A stretch of DNA of 64,000 nt. Source: an uncultured Bacteroidota bacterium. Its GTDB lineage: Bacteria > Bacteroidota > Ignavibacteria > UBA10030 > UBA8401. Positions 17,958-28,269 of this stretch are shown here, in pieces; within the stretch, counting starts at the first letter, position 1; every line of letters starts with the position of its first letter. The notes under the pieces were generated by a model, which saw only the letters and a program-made list of their open reading frames with translations, was not told the DNA's origin and made no database searches. A program made the translations under genes and the position numbers. Location: assembly GCA_963827085.1 (NCBI GenBank), contig CAWGZY010000007.1, positions 115,039 to 179,038 on the forward strand, in the 5' to 3' direction.

Positions 17958-20201
17958 TTAGTCCATTAGCCGTCCAATTGTGTCAAAATAAGCGCTTTCT
18001 GCAAGCCCTCTCTCCAAGTTGATTTTGTCTCCGATTTTAATTCTAGATGATGCGGTTACTTTACCTAAGATGGAAAAGTCGACCTTATGTTTTTTAATAA
18101 CCTTTTCAATGAGAGTTCGGTGTAAAGGATTTGCGGAAACCACTATTCTGCCCTGCTCCTCACCGAAAAGGAGAAAGTCCAATCGAACTTTGCCAGCTAT
18201 CGGCAGTATTATATCGCAGCCGAGATTTCGCTTTTCTCCGGTAATAACACATTCGATCAAGGAAACTGCAAGGCCGCCTTCAGAAACATCGTGAGCTGAG
18301 CTCACAACCCCGTTCTGAATCAGTTCTAAGCAGCAATCATGGAGTCGCTTCTCCTCATCGATATCGAAATATGGAGCGTTATCTCCTGTCTTGCCGTAAA
18401 ATTCTTTTAGATACTCACTTCCATTGAAATCTCCCCGCAGAGTTCCGAGGAGAATTACGTCATCTCCCACTTTATTAAATGCACTTGTTGTAACGTGACG
18501 TTCATTCTCAATTAGTCCTACCATCCCGATCACTGGCGTCGGAAAGATCGCCCCGAGCGGATTCTCATTGTAAAAACTTACATTTCCGCCTGTGACAGGT
18601 GTCTCGAATGTTCGGCATGCATGTGCGATACCTTCGACGGCCTCTTTGAACTGCCAGTATGATTCCGGCTTGTAAGGATTTCCAAAGTTCAAGCAATTGG
18701 TAATTCCAATTGGCTTAGCGCCTGAACATACGACGTTTCTAGCAGCCTCAGCGACAGCTATTTCTGCTCCTATTTTTGGATTTAGATATACATACCGAGA
18801 ATTGCAATCAGTTTTCATAGCAAGGAATTTGTCTGTTCCATCCACACGCACTACCGCGGCGTCGGAGCTTGGGCCGACCCTTGTGCTTGTTCTTACCATT
18901 GAATCGTATTGTTCGAATACCCAGCGCTTACTGGCAATATTTGGCAATGCGAGCAATTTCAGACATGCTTCGCCTAAGTCAAGAGGTTCTTTTAATAAAT
19001 CCAATTTCACAGGCATGAGATTAGCAATGTATTCAGGCTTCTTCGATTCCCGATTGTATACCGGAGCACCTCCCCCCAAAACTAATACTTCTGCAGGGAC
19101 ACTTGCCTTTAATTCCCCCTTTTTGGATATCCTCACAAGTCCATCATTTGTTACTTCACCAATAACTACTGAGTGAAGATCCCACTTATTAAAAATTGCA
19201 GTGACATTTTCTTCGAATCCCTTTTTTACGGCTAATAACATTCTCTCTTGAGACTCCGACAACATAATTTGATAAGCAGACATGTCTAGTTCCCGTACGG
19301 GTACCTTGTCAAGGTCGATGCGCATCCCTGAGTTTCCCTTTGCGCTCATTTCTGTTGTTGAACAAGTAATTCCGGCAGCGCCCATATCTTGTATGCCCAC
19401 GAGGAAACCAGCCTTAATTACTTCAAGTGTTGCTTCTAGGAGTAATTTTTCCGTAAATGGATCTCCGACCTGAACTGAAGGACGTTTGCTTTCGGACTTT
19501 TCTGAAATCTCCTCGGACGCGAACGTTGCTCCATGAATGCCGTCCTTTCCTGTGGATGATCCAACGATCATAACAGGATTGCCGGTCCCTTTCGAGACTG
19601 CAGAGGCTACTTCCGAATGCTTCACAATTCCGACAGCCATCGCATTGACCAATGGATTTCCCTGATAGCTCTTATCAAAATAAACTTCCCCTGCGACGGT
19701 AGGAACGCCGAAACTATTGCCGTAGTCTCCTATCCCCTTTACTACGCCTCGAAAAAGCTGTCTAGCTTGCTCATCTGTAATCTCCCCAAATCGCAATGAA
19801 TTGAGCGAAGCTATCGGCCGTGCTCCCATTGTAAAAATATCTCTCATAATTCCCCCCACACCTGTGGCGGCCCCTTGGTACGGTTCAACTGCCGATGGAT
19901 GATTGTGGCTCTCAATCTTGAAAGCCACAGCTAATCCGTCGCCTATATCAACTAGCCCGGCATTCTCTTCTCCGGCATTCACAAGTAGCCGCCCTCCCGA
20001 GCGAGGGAGGGTTTTTAGAAGAGCAATGGAATTCTTGTAGCTGCAGTGTTCGCTCCACATGACGCTGAAAATTCCAAGTTCAGTGTAGGAAGGATTTCTT
20101 CCCAGTATTTTTAAAATCCACCCAAATTCTTCTTCTGTAAGACCGTGCTGGATGGCCAAATTTTTTGTAACTTCTGGTTCTTGTTCAGTGATATTTGACA
20201 T
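17958..20201 (-). CDS. purL: Phosphoribosylformylglycinamidine synthase subunit PurL
   Basis: 747 aa; N-terminal [15 protein letters not shown]; duplicated AIRS-like domains. Confidence 0.9.
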   Translation of the reverse strand: MSNITEQEPEVTKNLAIQHGLTEEEFGWILKILGRNPSYTELGIFSVMWSEHCSYKNSIALLKTLPRSGGRLLVNAGEENAGLVDIGDGLAVAFKIESHNHPSAVEPYQGAATGVGGIMRDIFTMGARPIASLNSLRFGEITDEQARQLFRGVVKGIGDYGNSFGVPTVAGEVYFDKSYQGNPLVNAMAVGIVKHSEVASAVSKGTGNPVMIVGSSTGKDGIHGATFASEEISEKSESKRPSVQVGDPFTEKLLLEATLEVIKAGFLVGIQDMGAAGITCSTTEMSAKGNSGMRIDLDKVPVRELDMSAYQIMLSESQERMLLAVKKGFEENVTAIFNKWDLHSVVIGEVTNDGLVRISKKGELKASVPAEVLVLGGGAPVYNRESKKPEYIANLMPVKLDLLKEPLDLGEACLKLLALPNIASKRWVFEQYDSMVRTSTRVGPSSDAAVVRVDGTDKFLAMKTDCNSRYVYLNPKIGAEIAVAEAARNVVCSGAKPIGITNCLNFGNPYKPESYWQFKEAVEGIAHACRTFETPVTGGNVSFYNENPLGAIFPTPVIGMVGLIENERHVTTSAFNKVGDDVILLGTLRGDFNGSEYLKEFYGKTGDNAPYFDIDEEKRLHDCCLELIQNGVVSSAHDVSEGGLAVSLIECVITGEKRNLGCDIILPIAGKVRLDFLLFGEEQGRIVVSANPLHRTLIEKVIKKHKVDFSILGKVTASSRIKIGDKINLERGLAESAYFDTIGRLMD

Positions 20202-20216
20202 AGCGTTCTGATACCT

Positions 20217-20714
20217 CTATCCTATAATGAGAAGAACTTCGCCTTTATCGACAACTTGTCCGTCATGCACAAGTATTTTCTTTACTGTTCCGTTTACCGT
20301 TGCCCGTATCTCGTTTTCCATTTTCATTGCTTCCAGGAGAAGCAAGCCATCGCCAACCGTAATCCGAGCGCCCTCTTTGACTTCACACCGAACAACCATT
20401 CCTGGCATCGGAGATCGCAGTTCTACATCCGGGCGGAGTTTTTGGGCTGCATTGATAAGAAGATTAGTTCCCCTAGTCCTCGAACTTTCCGCATTTATCT
20501 TATAGGCTATTCCATTAATTACAACGGTATAGATAAAACCATTTCTATTAATAATCGCCTGGTATGATCGGCCGTTCAAAAGAAGAGTATATCTACCGTT
20601 TGAAATTTTCTGCAAATCGGCCTGATATATGTTTCCGTCCAGAGATACTGAACCGCCTTGTTCAAATGACCATCTGAATTGTCTGCTGCCGAAGTTGGAG
20701 ATAACAGTTGCCAT
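20217..20714 (-). CDS. Biotin carboxyl carrier-type protein (biotin/lipoyl attachment domain)
   Basis: C-terminal EAMKMENEI biotinylation motif; directly downstream of the biotin carboxylase gene. Confidence 0.7.
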   Translation of the reverse strand: MATVISNFGSRQFRWSFEQGGSVSLDGNIYQADLQKISNGRYTLLLNGRSYQAIINRNGFIYTVVINGIAYKINAESSRTRGTNLLINAAQKLRPDVELRSPMPGMVVRCEVKEGARITVGDGLLLLEAMKMENEIRATVNGTVKKILVHDGQVVDKGEVLLIIG

Positions 20715-20717
20715 CCC

Positions 20718-22220
20718 TTATTCTTCTAAGCGATTGTTTTTCCAACGGCCGGAAGCCGAAGCTCGGCCTTTTACTGCTTGGTTCTCAGCACCAAGGACAG
20801 AATTATGTATCGATGCCGCAATAAATGAAGCGGCTAACTCTCTATTATTATCGTGATTTAATCGGTCTGGATGAAAATATTTCTCCACGAACTGAATATC
20901 GTATTTTCCTTGCAAGAACATCGGATGTGAAACGACGAACGCGCAGAAAGGAATTGTTGTGGCAACTCCTGTGATGACATATTCCGAAAGTGCTCGGGCC
21001 ATCCTCTGGAGGGCCTCGTCGCGATCCGTTCCCCAAGCCGCCAATTTTGCAAGTAATGGATCGTAGAAGTGCACAACGTTAGTTCCTTTCATCACGCCGG
21101 AATCATTCCTGATTCCATAACCTTCGCTCGGAGCATATTCTTCGATGGTTCCAACGGAGGGGAGAAAATTATCAAAAGAATCTTCGGCACAAATGCGGCA
21201 TTCTACCGCATGTCCTCGTGGAATTACCTCATCTTGTCGAAGCGACAACTTTTCACCTTCTGCAATTCTGATTTGAGCTTTTACCAGATCGATGCCATAG
21301 ACCAATTCCGTAACAGGATGTTCAACTTGAAGTCGGGTGTTCATCTCGAGAAAGTAAAAGGCATTAGCCGAATCCACTAAAAACTCAACTGTGCCTGCAT
21401 TTACATAACCGGATTCTCGAGATACATTTACCGCAGCCTTTCCCATTTCAGCTCTCAGCTCTTTCGGTAATTGGGAACTAGGGCACTCTTCCACAACTTT
21501 TTGATGTCTCCTCTGAATGGAACATTCTCTTTCCCCTAAAAAAATCACATTACCATGGAAGTCCGCCAGAATTTGAATTTCAATGTGCCTCGGGTTTAAC
21601 AGGTACTTTTCAATAAAAATATCAGGGCTTCCGAAAGCTTTTAGGGATTCTGATTGTGCTTGCTGCAGTGCTTGCTCGAGGTTTTCTTCACCGTCGACCT
21701 TTCTCATCCCCTTTCCACCACCTCCGTGTACTGCCTTGAGCATTACCGGATATCCTATTTCTTTTGCAGCTTTAAGTGCCTCCTTACCATCTCTTATTGC
21801 ATGGGTAGTTCCAGGTACTATCGAAACGTTTGCTTTTCTCATCAATTCACGTGCTGACGTCTTCCCTCCTAGAGTTTTCATCGCAGAAGCGGGCGGGCCA
21901 ACGAATGTCATGCCGCTTGACACCGTGGCTTCCACAAAATCAGAGTTTTCGGAAAGAAACCCATATCCGGGATGGATCGCATCGCAGTGTGCCTTTTTAG
22001 CGATATTAATAATCTTATCGATGTCGAGGTACGTTTCTTTTGATAAATTCCCATGCAGAGGGTAGGCTTCGCTGGCATTAAGAACGTATGGAGCACATCG
22101 ATCTACATCTGAGAAGATTGCTACTGTCTGAATTCCCATTTCAGCCGCTGAGCGATGTATTCGCAGGGCAATTTCCCCTCGATTGGCAATTAATAATTTT
22201 TGAATCCCTTTTGCCTTCAT
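20718..22220 (-). CDS. accC: Biotin carboxylase (acetyl-CoA / acyl-CoA carboxylase biotin carboxylase subunit)
   Basis: ATP-grasp biotin carboxylase signatures (KAVHGGGGKGMR, EMNTRLQVEHPVTE); the ATG at 22220 overlaps the mutS2 stop (ATGA). Confidence 0.85.
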   Translation of the reverse strand: MKAKGIQKLLIANRGEIALRIHRSAAEMGIQTVAIFSDVDRCAPYVLNASEAYPLHGNLSKETYLDIDKIINIAKKAHCDAIHPGYGFLSENSDFVEATVSSGMTFVGPPASAMKTLGGKTSARELMRKANVSIVPGTTHAIRDGKEALKAAKEIGYPVMLKAVHGGGGKGMRKVDGEENLEQALQQAQSESLKAFGSPDIFIEKYLLNPRHIEIQILADFHGNVIFLGERECSIQRRHQKVVEECPSSQLPKELRAEMGKAAVNVSRESGYVNAGTVEFLVDSANAFYFLEMNTRLQVEHPVTELVYGIDLVKAQIRIAEGEKLSLRQDEVIPRGHAVECRICAEDSFDNFLPSVGTIEEYAPSEGYGIRNDSGVMKGTNVVHFYDPLLAKLAAWGTDRDEALQRMARALSEYVITGVATTIPFCAFVVSHPMFLQGKYDIQFVEKYFHPDRLNHDNNRELAASFIAASIHNSVLGAENQAVKGRASASGRWKNNRLEE

Positions 22221-24592
22221 TCGTTTTTCAAATCGACAATAGTAACTCCCATTCCCCCTTCGTTCCATTCGCCAAACCTATGCGACTTAATTCTTGAATC
22301 GGACTGCAAGAATGATGATATTTTTTTCCGCAATGCGCCGGAGCCTTTTCCATGTATAATATCTACTTGATGTAACCCTGTAACTATGGCACTATCAATG
22401 AACTTATCCACTATCTGTAATGCTTCATCACCATATAGTCCTCTCACATCGATTTCACGTTTAGGTGTTCCTTCCAAAAAAATAGGCGCGAATGAATGTG
22501 TTGGGGCTTTTGGCTTTTTGATTGGAATGATGTCGTTTACATGTATTCTCATTTTCAAGCTGTCGAATGCGACCTGTAAAAGTCCGTTGGCATCCGGAGG
22601 CTGCAGTACCTCGCCGATTTGTGAATTTGATTTTAGCCTGATCGTCGTTCCTTTCGAAATGGTGTTGCTGTCTTCAAGGTCGGGAGAATTTGGTGCGATT
22701 TCATTCAACGCTATTTCCATAGTGTGAATTTCAGTTTCCAATATCTTGATTTCCTGTTTGCTCTCGACGATGGATACCTTATCGGCTTGTCGTTGCTTGA
22801 TTTCCTTAATTGACTTTTCAATAACAGAATTAGCCTTGTTGATAATCTCCTTTGCCTCTTCTATCGCTTTTGATTTTATCAATCTAATTTCTTCTCGCAA
22901 TCCCTTTAACTTAGTTTCGTAGTTCTCAACTAACTCATTGTATTTTAACTTCTCGCTATCGACTATCAGTAGTTGTTTCGAGAGCGACTGTGCACGACTT
23001 TCCAGGTCGACTATTAACTTTTCCAGCCGTGATTTTTGTTCCCCTGCCATTTTTTCAGCTTCTGAAATAAGGCTTTGCGAAACGCCGAGGCGTCTGGCTA
23101 TTTCAAGGGCATAACTGCTTCCGGGGATACCAAATCTAAAATTAAAAGTCGGAGTCAGAGTAGCCTGATCGAATTCCATCGCGCCATTTTCCATTCCCTC
23201 TGTTTCATGGACAAATGCTTTAAGCGTGACCTGATGAGTTGTTGCGATGGTGAATGCTCCTGCCCTGGTCAATTCAGCCAAGATAACGGCTGCAAGGGCA
23301 CCCCCTTCGACCGGGTCAGTTCCTGCGCCGATTTCGTCTATAAGAATTAAGCTGTGGTCGTCGGCTGAGTTTAATATCTGCCGAAGCATAGTGATATGTG
23401 AACTGAAGGTGCTAAGGTCGTTTTCGATCGATTGATCGTCCCCGATGTCGACATACAGTTTCTTAAAGACCGGGAACTCCGAATCGGGTGAAGCTGGAAT
23501 ATGTATCCCACACTGCAGCATGAGCACTAAAACCCCGACTGTTTTCATTGCCACACTTTTTCCGCCGGCATTAGGGCCTGTAATAAGCAGAGTATTGTAG
23601 CCTTTGCCAATTTCAATTGACAACGGAATTATTTTTTCACGCGGATGGCGAAGCAAAAGAACTGGATGGCGGGCATCGACGATCTTTAGAGAACCAAATT
23701 CTTTTAAAAATGGTTTATTTCCTTTAATTTCAATTGAATACTTTGCTTTAGCGTATAGTAAATCTAGGTGCTTCAAAATTTCCAGACTCGACAATAATTC
23801 TGAAGAAACTTCTCTCACTTGCATTGTAAGTACTCGAAGAATTTTCTCAATCTCGCGCTGTTCTTTGAAGTGAAGTTCTCGGATTTCGTTATTGAGTGAG
23901 AGAGTCTCTGCCGGTTCGATAAAAACAGTGAACCCGCTTGCCGATGAGCTGTGGATAAAGCCGGGAACGCTATGTTTCTGCTCCGCCTTGACCGGAATTA
24001 CCATTCTGCCGTCTCTCGTTGTAATAATATCTTCTTGTGTGAGCCCTTGTTCAGAAACGTTCTTGAGGATGCGCTCCAACTGTTTGCGTAACATTTCGTA
24101 CATCGAGACTAAATCATTCCGAATGACTCTCAATTCTTTGCTTGCGGTATCTTTGATATTTCCGTTCTCATCAATAGCTTGAGTAATGTTATACTCAAGT
24201 AATTTATTGATATTTACAGCTTCGCAATATGCGTGCAACTCCAGGTAGACATCTTTTCTTTTCTGAATGAAGACCTTGATATTTCTTGCTGCCTGGAGTG
24301 TCTGAGCGATAGGTAATAGGTCGGAGGGGCTGAGAATGCTGTTCTCGATGCCGGCCCTCTGGAGCGAATCGCGGATGTCCCGAAGGCCGTCGAGTGGAAA
24401 TGGATCATCGCTTTCGAGCAGTTTTTTCATTTCGTCGACACGGTTCAGTTCTTGTGCCAAAAGGCTCAGGTCCCCGGTCGGAACAACATGCTCCGCTGCA
24501 TTTTTGCCTAAATCGGACGAGGCGTAGCTTTCCAGGCGGCCGAGTATTTTTTTAAACTCAAGTTTTTCGGCTGCTGACTGAAATTCGGTCAT
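22217..24592 (-). CDS. mutS2: Endonuclease MutS2 (MutS domain plus C-terminal Smr domain)
   Basis: 791 aa; P-loop GPNAGGKS; the LILIDEIGAGTDP motif; C-terminal Smr (IDVRGLYGDEA...IIHGKGSGALRK). Confidence 0.9.
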   Translation of the reverse strand: MTEFQSAAEKLEFKKILGRLESYASSDLGKNAAEHVVPTGDLSLLAQELNRVDEMKKLLESDDPFPLDGLRDIRDSLQRAGIENSILSPSDLLPIAQTLQAARNIKVFIQKRKDVYLELHAYCEAVNINKLLEYNITQAIDENGNIKDTASKELRVIRNDLVSMYEMLRKQLERILKNVSEQGLTQEDIITTRDGRMVIPVKAEQKHSVPGFIHSSSASGFTVFIEPAETLSLNNEIRELHFKEQREIEKILRVLTMQVREVSSELLSSLEILKHLDLLYAKAKYSIEIKGNKPFLKEFGSLKIVDARHPVLLLRHPREKIIPLSIEIGKGYNTLLITGPNAGGKSVAMKTVGVLVLMLQCGIHIPASPDSEFPVFKKLYVDIGDDQSIENDLSTFSSHITMLRQILNSADDHSLILIDEIGAGTDPVEGGALAAVILAELTRAGAFTIATTHQVTLKAFVHETEGMENGAMEFDQATLTPTFNFRFGIPGSSYALEIARRLGVSQSLISEAEKMAGEQKSRLEKLIVDLESRAQSLSKQLLIVDSEKLKYNELVENYETKLKGLREEIRLIKSKAIEEAKEIINKANSVIEKSIKEIKQRQADKVSIVESKQEIKILETEIHTMEIALNEIAPNSPDLEDSNTISKGTTIRLKSNSQIGEVLQPPDANGLLQVAFDSLKMRIHVNDIIPIKKPKAPTHSFAPIFLEGTPKREIDVRGLYGDEALQIVDKFIDSAIVTGLHQVDIIHGKGSGALRKKISSFLQSDSRIKSHRFGEWNEGGMGVTIVDLKNE

Positions 24593-25137
24593 TTGAGCAG
24601 TGGTGCTTCTTTATGGTTGGATGATTTCTTTACCGATTTCATGATTTCCTGGTAGAAATCCTCTGATTCCGGGAAGATGGTATTAACGCTGTCGAAAATG
24701 CGGGGAGCGAAATTCTTGACTGGCCTGTACAGGAGCGAATCTGAGCGTGTCTCGGCAGAAGGAAAATGAAAATACATACTGAAGAAAATGAGCATCAGGC
24801 TCAAGAAAATTCCTCCTTCCATCAAACCCACGATAAGCCCTCCTACTCTGTTCCATGTTCCTTCAGCTAGTTTTTTGATCGCGATTTTGTAGATGATGGC
24901 CTGGGCGATCATGATTCCGAAAACAATGATGAGAAAAGAGAACGTCGTACTCCCCCCGGCGGAAATCCCCATAGGCACGAGAACCATTTCACCAAAGGCA
25001 GAGGCATATTTTGTCGCCAGGATAAGAGAGAGAGCCAGACACGCCAAAGCGATCAGCTTTTTAAGAAACCCGCTTCGCCATCCGGCAAACATGAATAATC
25101 CAAGGACGGCGATAAGAATTGTGTCAAAGGTATTCAT
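24589..25137 (-). CDS. cvpA: CvpA family membrane protein (colicin V production protein)
   Basis: 182 aa with 4 TM helices and a CvpA-like N-terminus; ATGA overlaps at both ends. Confidence 0.8.
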   Translation of the reverse strand: MNTFDTILIAVLGLFMFAGWRSGFLKKLIALACLALSLILATKYASAFGEMVLVPMGISAGGSTTFSFLIIVFGIMIAQAIIYKIAIKKLAEGTWNRVGGLIVGLMEGGIFLSLMLIFFSMYFHFPSAETRSDSLLYRPVKNFAPRIFDSVNTIFPESEDFYQEIMKSVKKSSNHKEAPLLK

Positions 25138-25589
25138 GATGTGGCCTCAAGCTTTTGTTTTACGATCTCTGAGATTACCTTGGAATCAATTTTGCCCTTC
25201 AATTCCTTCATTGCGCCCGGCATGACTTTCCCTATATCTTTCATTGATGCGGCTCCGGATTGCTGGATCAGGTTTTCAACAATCCGTTCAGCATCTTCAC
25301 GCGATAATTGTTTGGGCAAATATTCGGAAATAATCTCAAGTTCCTTTGTCTCTTGCTCGACCAACTCCATTCTTCCTGCTTTTGTAAAAATCTCAATTGC
25401 TTCTTTTCTCTTTTTTGCAGCAGCCATGAGAATTGACATCTCATCATCTTCATTCATGGTTCTGTCCAACCCTTTTTTTTCAAACTCTATTATTTGAGCG
25501 CGAAGCATCCGGAGTGTTTCAAGCCGCAACTTGTTTCCTGATTTCATTGCAGCTTTTAAATCTTCAGTGATACGTTGTGTCAGGGGCAT
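25134..25589 (-). CDS. GatB/YqeY domain protein
   Basis: 151 aa helical protein with a YqeY-like N-terminus (LKAAMKSGNKLRLETLRMLRA). Confidence 0.8.
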   Translation of the reverse strand: MPLTQRITEDLKAAMKSGNKLRLETLRMLRAQIIEFEKKGLDRTMNEDDEMSILMAAAKKRKEAIEIFTKAGRMELVEQETKELEIISEYLPKQLSREDAERIVENLIQQSGAASMKDIGKVMPGAMKELKGKIDSKVISEIVKQKLEATS

Positions 25590-25616
25590 AAAGAGTTTTG
25601 TATGATGAATGTATAA

Positions 25617-26327
25617 TTAGATGCCGCCATAAACTTTTATCGTTTCTCCACTAATCGACGATGCTTCATCGGATGCAAGAAACCCAATAACACTGGCGGC
25701 CTGTTCAAGAGTAACCCAGCCCTTTGTCTCTTCTTTTGTCAGGGAGCGCTTGTTAGATTCCGTCAAAAGAATGCTTGGGGCAATTGCATTCACTGTGATA
25801 TTGGAATCAGCCAGGTTCTTGGCCTCTTCACCGGCAATACGCGTAAATGCTGCAATTGCGGATTTTGAAATACCGTATGCCCCCCGTCCGGCTGAAGGGG
25901 AAAGTCCAGCCATCGCCGAAACGTTAACGATCCTTCCGTACTTTCTTGTTTGCATTATCCGTAGTGCGCTTTGCGAGCATAAGAAACACGTTTTCAAATT
26001 CAGAGTGAACATGAATTCCCATTCGTTTTCAGTCAGCTCCGTAATATTTTTCTTGGGCATGTAGCCGCCGACAAGATTACAGAGGATATCTATCCCTCCT
26101 TTTTTGTCAAGAAGAGATTTGAAAATTTGATCGACATCGTTTTGTTTCGATACATCGCCTTTAAGCGTTAGAACACCCGGAAACAACTTTAAGAATTCCG
26201 TCGCTTCAGTATCAGAATGATAGGCGACGACGACCTCTGCTCCCTCGTTCTGAAAGTGTTTCACTACCGCTTTGCCCAGTTCGCCTGTTCCCCCTGTGAT
26301 TAGGGCTATCCTTCCTCTCAATTTCAT
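25617..26327 (-). CDS. SDR family NAD(P)-dependent oxidoreductase
   Basis: TGGTGELG Rossmann motif; catalytic YxxxK (YGISK); NAG motif. Confidence 0.8.
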   Translation of the reverse strand: MKLRGRIALITGGTGELGKAVVKHFQNEGAEVVVAYHSDTEATEFLKLFPGVLTLKGDVSKQNDVDQIFKSLLDKKGGIDILCNLVGGYMPKKNITELTENEWEFMFTLNLKTCFLCSQSALRIMQTRKYGRIVNVSAMAGLSPSAGRGAYGISKSAIAAFTRIAGEEAKNLADSNITVNAIAPSILLTESNKRSLTKEETKGWVTLEQAASVIGFLASDEASSISGETIKVYGGI

Positions 26328-26615
26328 ATACTAATATATTGTACAGCACGACGAAAATCAATTCGTGGAAATACGACATACATCCCAGCACAAGAATTCA
26401 ATCACATGCATAATGAATGCGTAGCGCCGGAGAATCAAGTGATAACGTTCTTCATGCGAGGGGTCGGACACGCGATCTCACGATGTCGAAATCTATTGAA
26501 GGTAAATCAAGAAGGTGTCCGGCAACTACTCAAACTGGTCACTCTTCCTAAAATTGATTCTTACAACTTTAGCGCGTATATTGAACATAATTTCATTCAC
26601 TACTTGAGAGAAACG

Positions 26616-28256
26616 ATGGATTGGGTTGATTATAAGCAGATCCAAAATTTTGAAGTTGGCATTACTCCGTTGTTCTTGGATTATCTCAACGAGTTCGAAA
26701 AGCTGAAAGATTACTACGCTGCAGATTTTCGCGACCGGAAGAGTTGGAAGAAGCTGATCGACAAGGTGCTTTCGAAACACAATGACCGTTCAACCCTTAT
26801 TCGCGTTCTTACCGAACAAAACAAGCAGCACCACTGCGGTATACGGACTTTGGCGAATATCGACCTGCTTGGTAATGAGAACACGGTTGCCGTTGTGACC
26901 GGTCAACAGGTCGGGATCTGTTCAGGCCCGCTTTACACGATCTATAAAACGGTTACTGCCATTAAACTCGCCGAACAATTATCCGCTCAATTCCCCGATT
27001 ACAATTTTGTCCCCGTGTTCTGGGTCGAGAACGATGACCATGATTTTGAAGAAATCAATAAGGTCAATGTCCTCAATCCAGGCGGCGATGTTCAGACGAT
27101 TGAATATCTATTCGGAGGGAAACCTTTTGAAAGAAACCCCGGTCCTGTTGGCAGTATCGTGATTGACAGTTTCATTGACAATTTCTTCGATACTTTACAG
27201 GCGCAGCTTCAAGATTCAGAATTCAAATTGCCGTTGTTTGCAGCCTTACGCGGATATTACCGCGCAGGTGTTCCATTAGGAGCCGCGTTCGTTGGGCTTA
27301 TGAACCAGGTGTTTGAAGATTCCGGTTTGGTATTCCTCGACCCCCGGAATGCGGAACTGAAAAAAATTCTCAAACCGGTGTTCCAAAAAGAAATCGCCGG
27401 GATGTCAAAGACCTCGCAAATGGTTATTGACACAAGCGCCGGCCTTGAAGAACACTATCACGCGCAGATCAAAGCAAAGTCCATAAATCTATTCATGCTG
27501 CACAAAGGCGGTCGGTATCTTATCGAGCCGCGGGAAAACGATTACAGCCTGAAAGGAACAAGGCAGTTTTTCTCCAAGGAAGAATTGAACGGTATTGTCG
27601 AAAATTCCCCTGAATTGATTTCTCCAAACGTTGTTCTTCGGCCGATTTGTCAGGATGCTATTTTGCCGACGCTCGCGTACGTTGGCGGGCCGTCGGAAGT
27701 CGCGTATTTCGCGCAATTGAAACCGGTCTATGAATTTTTTGATGTGCATATGCCTGTGGTCTATCCCCGGGCAAGCGCGACCATTGTTGAAGAAAAAGTG
27801 AAAAATATTCTGGAAAAATATCAGGTGGATTTTACGGAAATATGGTCGGACATCGATCCCTTGTTGATTCGGATTGCAGAACAGGTTTCTGAAGTGAAAG
27901 TCGATGCATTGTTCGACCAGCTGCATCGCCGCATTCATGAAGCTGTTGCGGAATCGCGCTTCGGCATCCAGCAGATCGATCCGACGCTCTCCGGTGTAAT
28001 AGATTCGACGTTGTCGCGGATTGAATCGCAGCTGAACGTTCTAAAAGAGAAAACGCAATCGGCGCAGCAGCGAAGGCAGGAAGTGACGATAAAGCAGATT
28101 CAGAAAGTGGCGGCGAATATTTTTCCTAAATCGAATTTCCAGGAGAGAGAATTCAATGTAGTGTACTACATGAACAAGTACGGACCGGATTTCGTGAAAT
28201 GGCTCAGCGGAGAGATCATTATCGACCGGTTCCAGCATCAACTGATCGAGCTATAA
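26616..28256 (+). CDS. bshC: Bacillithiol biosynthesis cysteine-adding enzyme BshC
   Basis: VVTGQQVGICSGPLYTIYK matches the BshC core (VVTGQQ...GPLYTI); size is about 546 aa from the internal ATG; the 70-aa upstream extension is unsupported. Confidence 0.7.
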   Translation: MDWVDYKQIQNFEVGITPLFLDYLNEFEKLKDYYAADFRDRKSWKKLIDKVLSKHNDRSTLIRVLTEQNKQHHCGIRTLANIDLLGNENTVAVVTGQQVGICSGPLYTIYKTVTAIKLAEQLSAQFPDYNFVPVFWVENDDHDFEEINKVNVLNPGGDVQTIEYLFGGKPFERNPGPVGSIVIDSFIDNFFDTLQAQLQDSEFKLPLFAALRGYYRAGVPLGAAFVGLMNQVFEDSGLVFLDPRNAELKKILKPVFQKEIAGMSKTSQMVIDTSAGLEEHYHAQIKAKSINLFMLHKGGRYLIEPRENDYSLKGTRQFFSKEELNGIVENSPELISPNVVLRPICQDAILPTLAYVGGPSEVAYFAQLKPVYEFFDVHMPVVYPRASATIVEEKVKNILEKYQVDFTEIWSDIDPLLIRIAEQVSEVKVDALFDQLHRRIHEAVAESRFGIQQIDPTLSGVIDSTLSRIESQLNVLKEKTQSAQQRRQEVTIKQIQKVAANIFPKSNFQEREFNVVYYMNKYGPDFVKWLSGEIIIDRFQHQLIEL

Positions 28257-28269
28257 CACAGCGCAGTTT

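Noticed and set aside
26406-26615. 70-aa N-terminal extension of BshC
   Set aside because: There is no similarity to the BshC N-terminus. The conserved region begins near MDWVDYKQI, though the exact start is uncertain.
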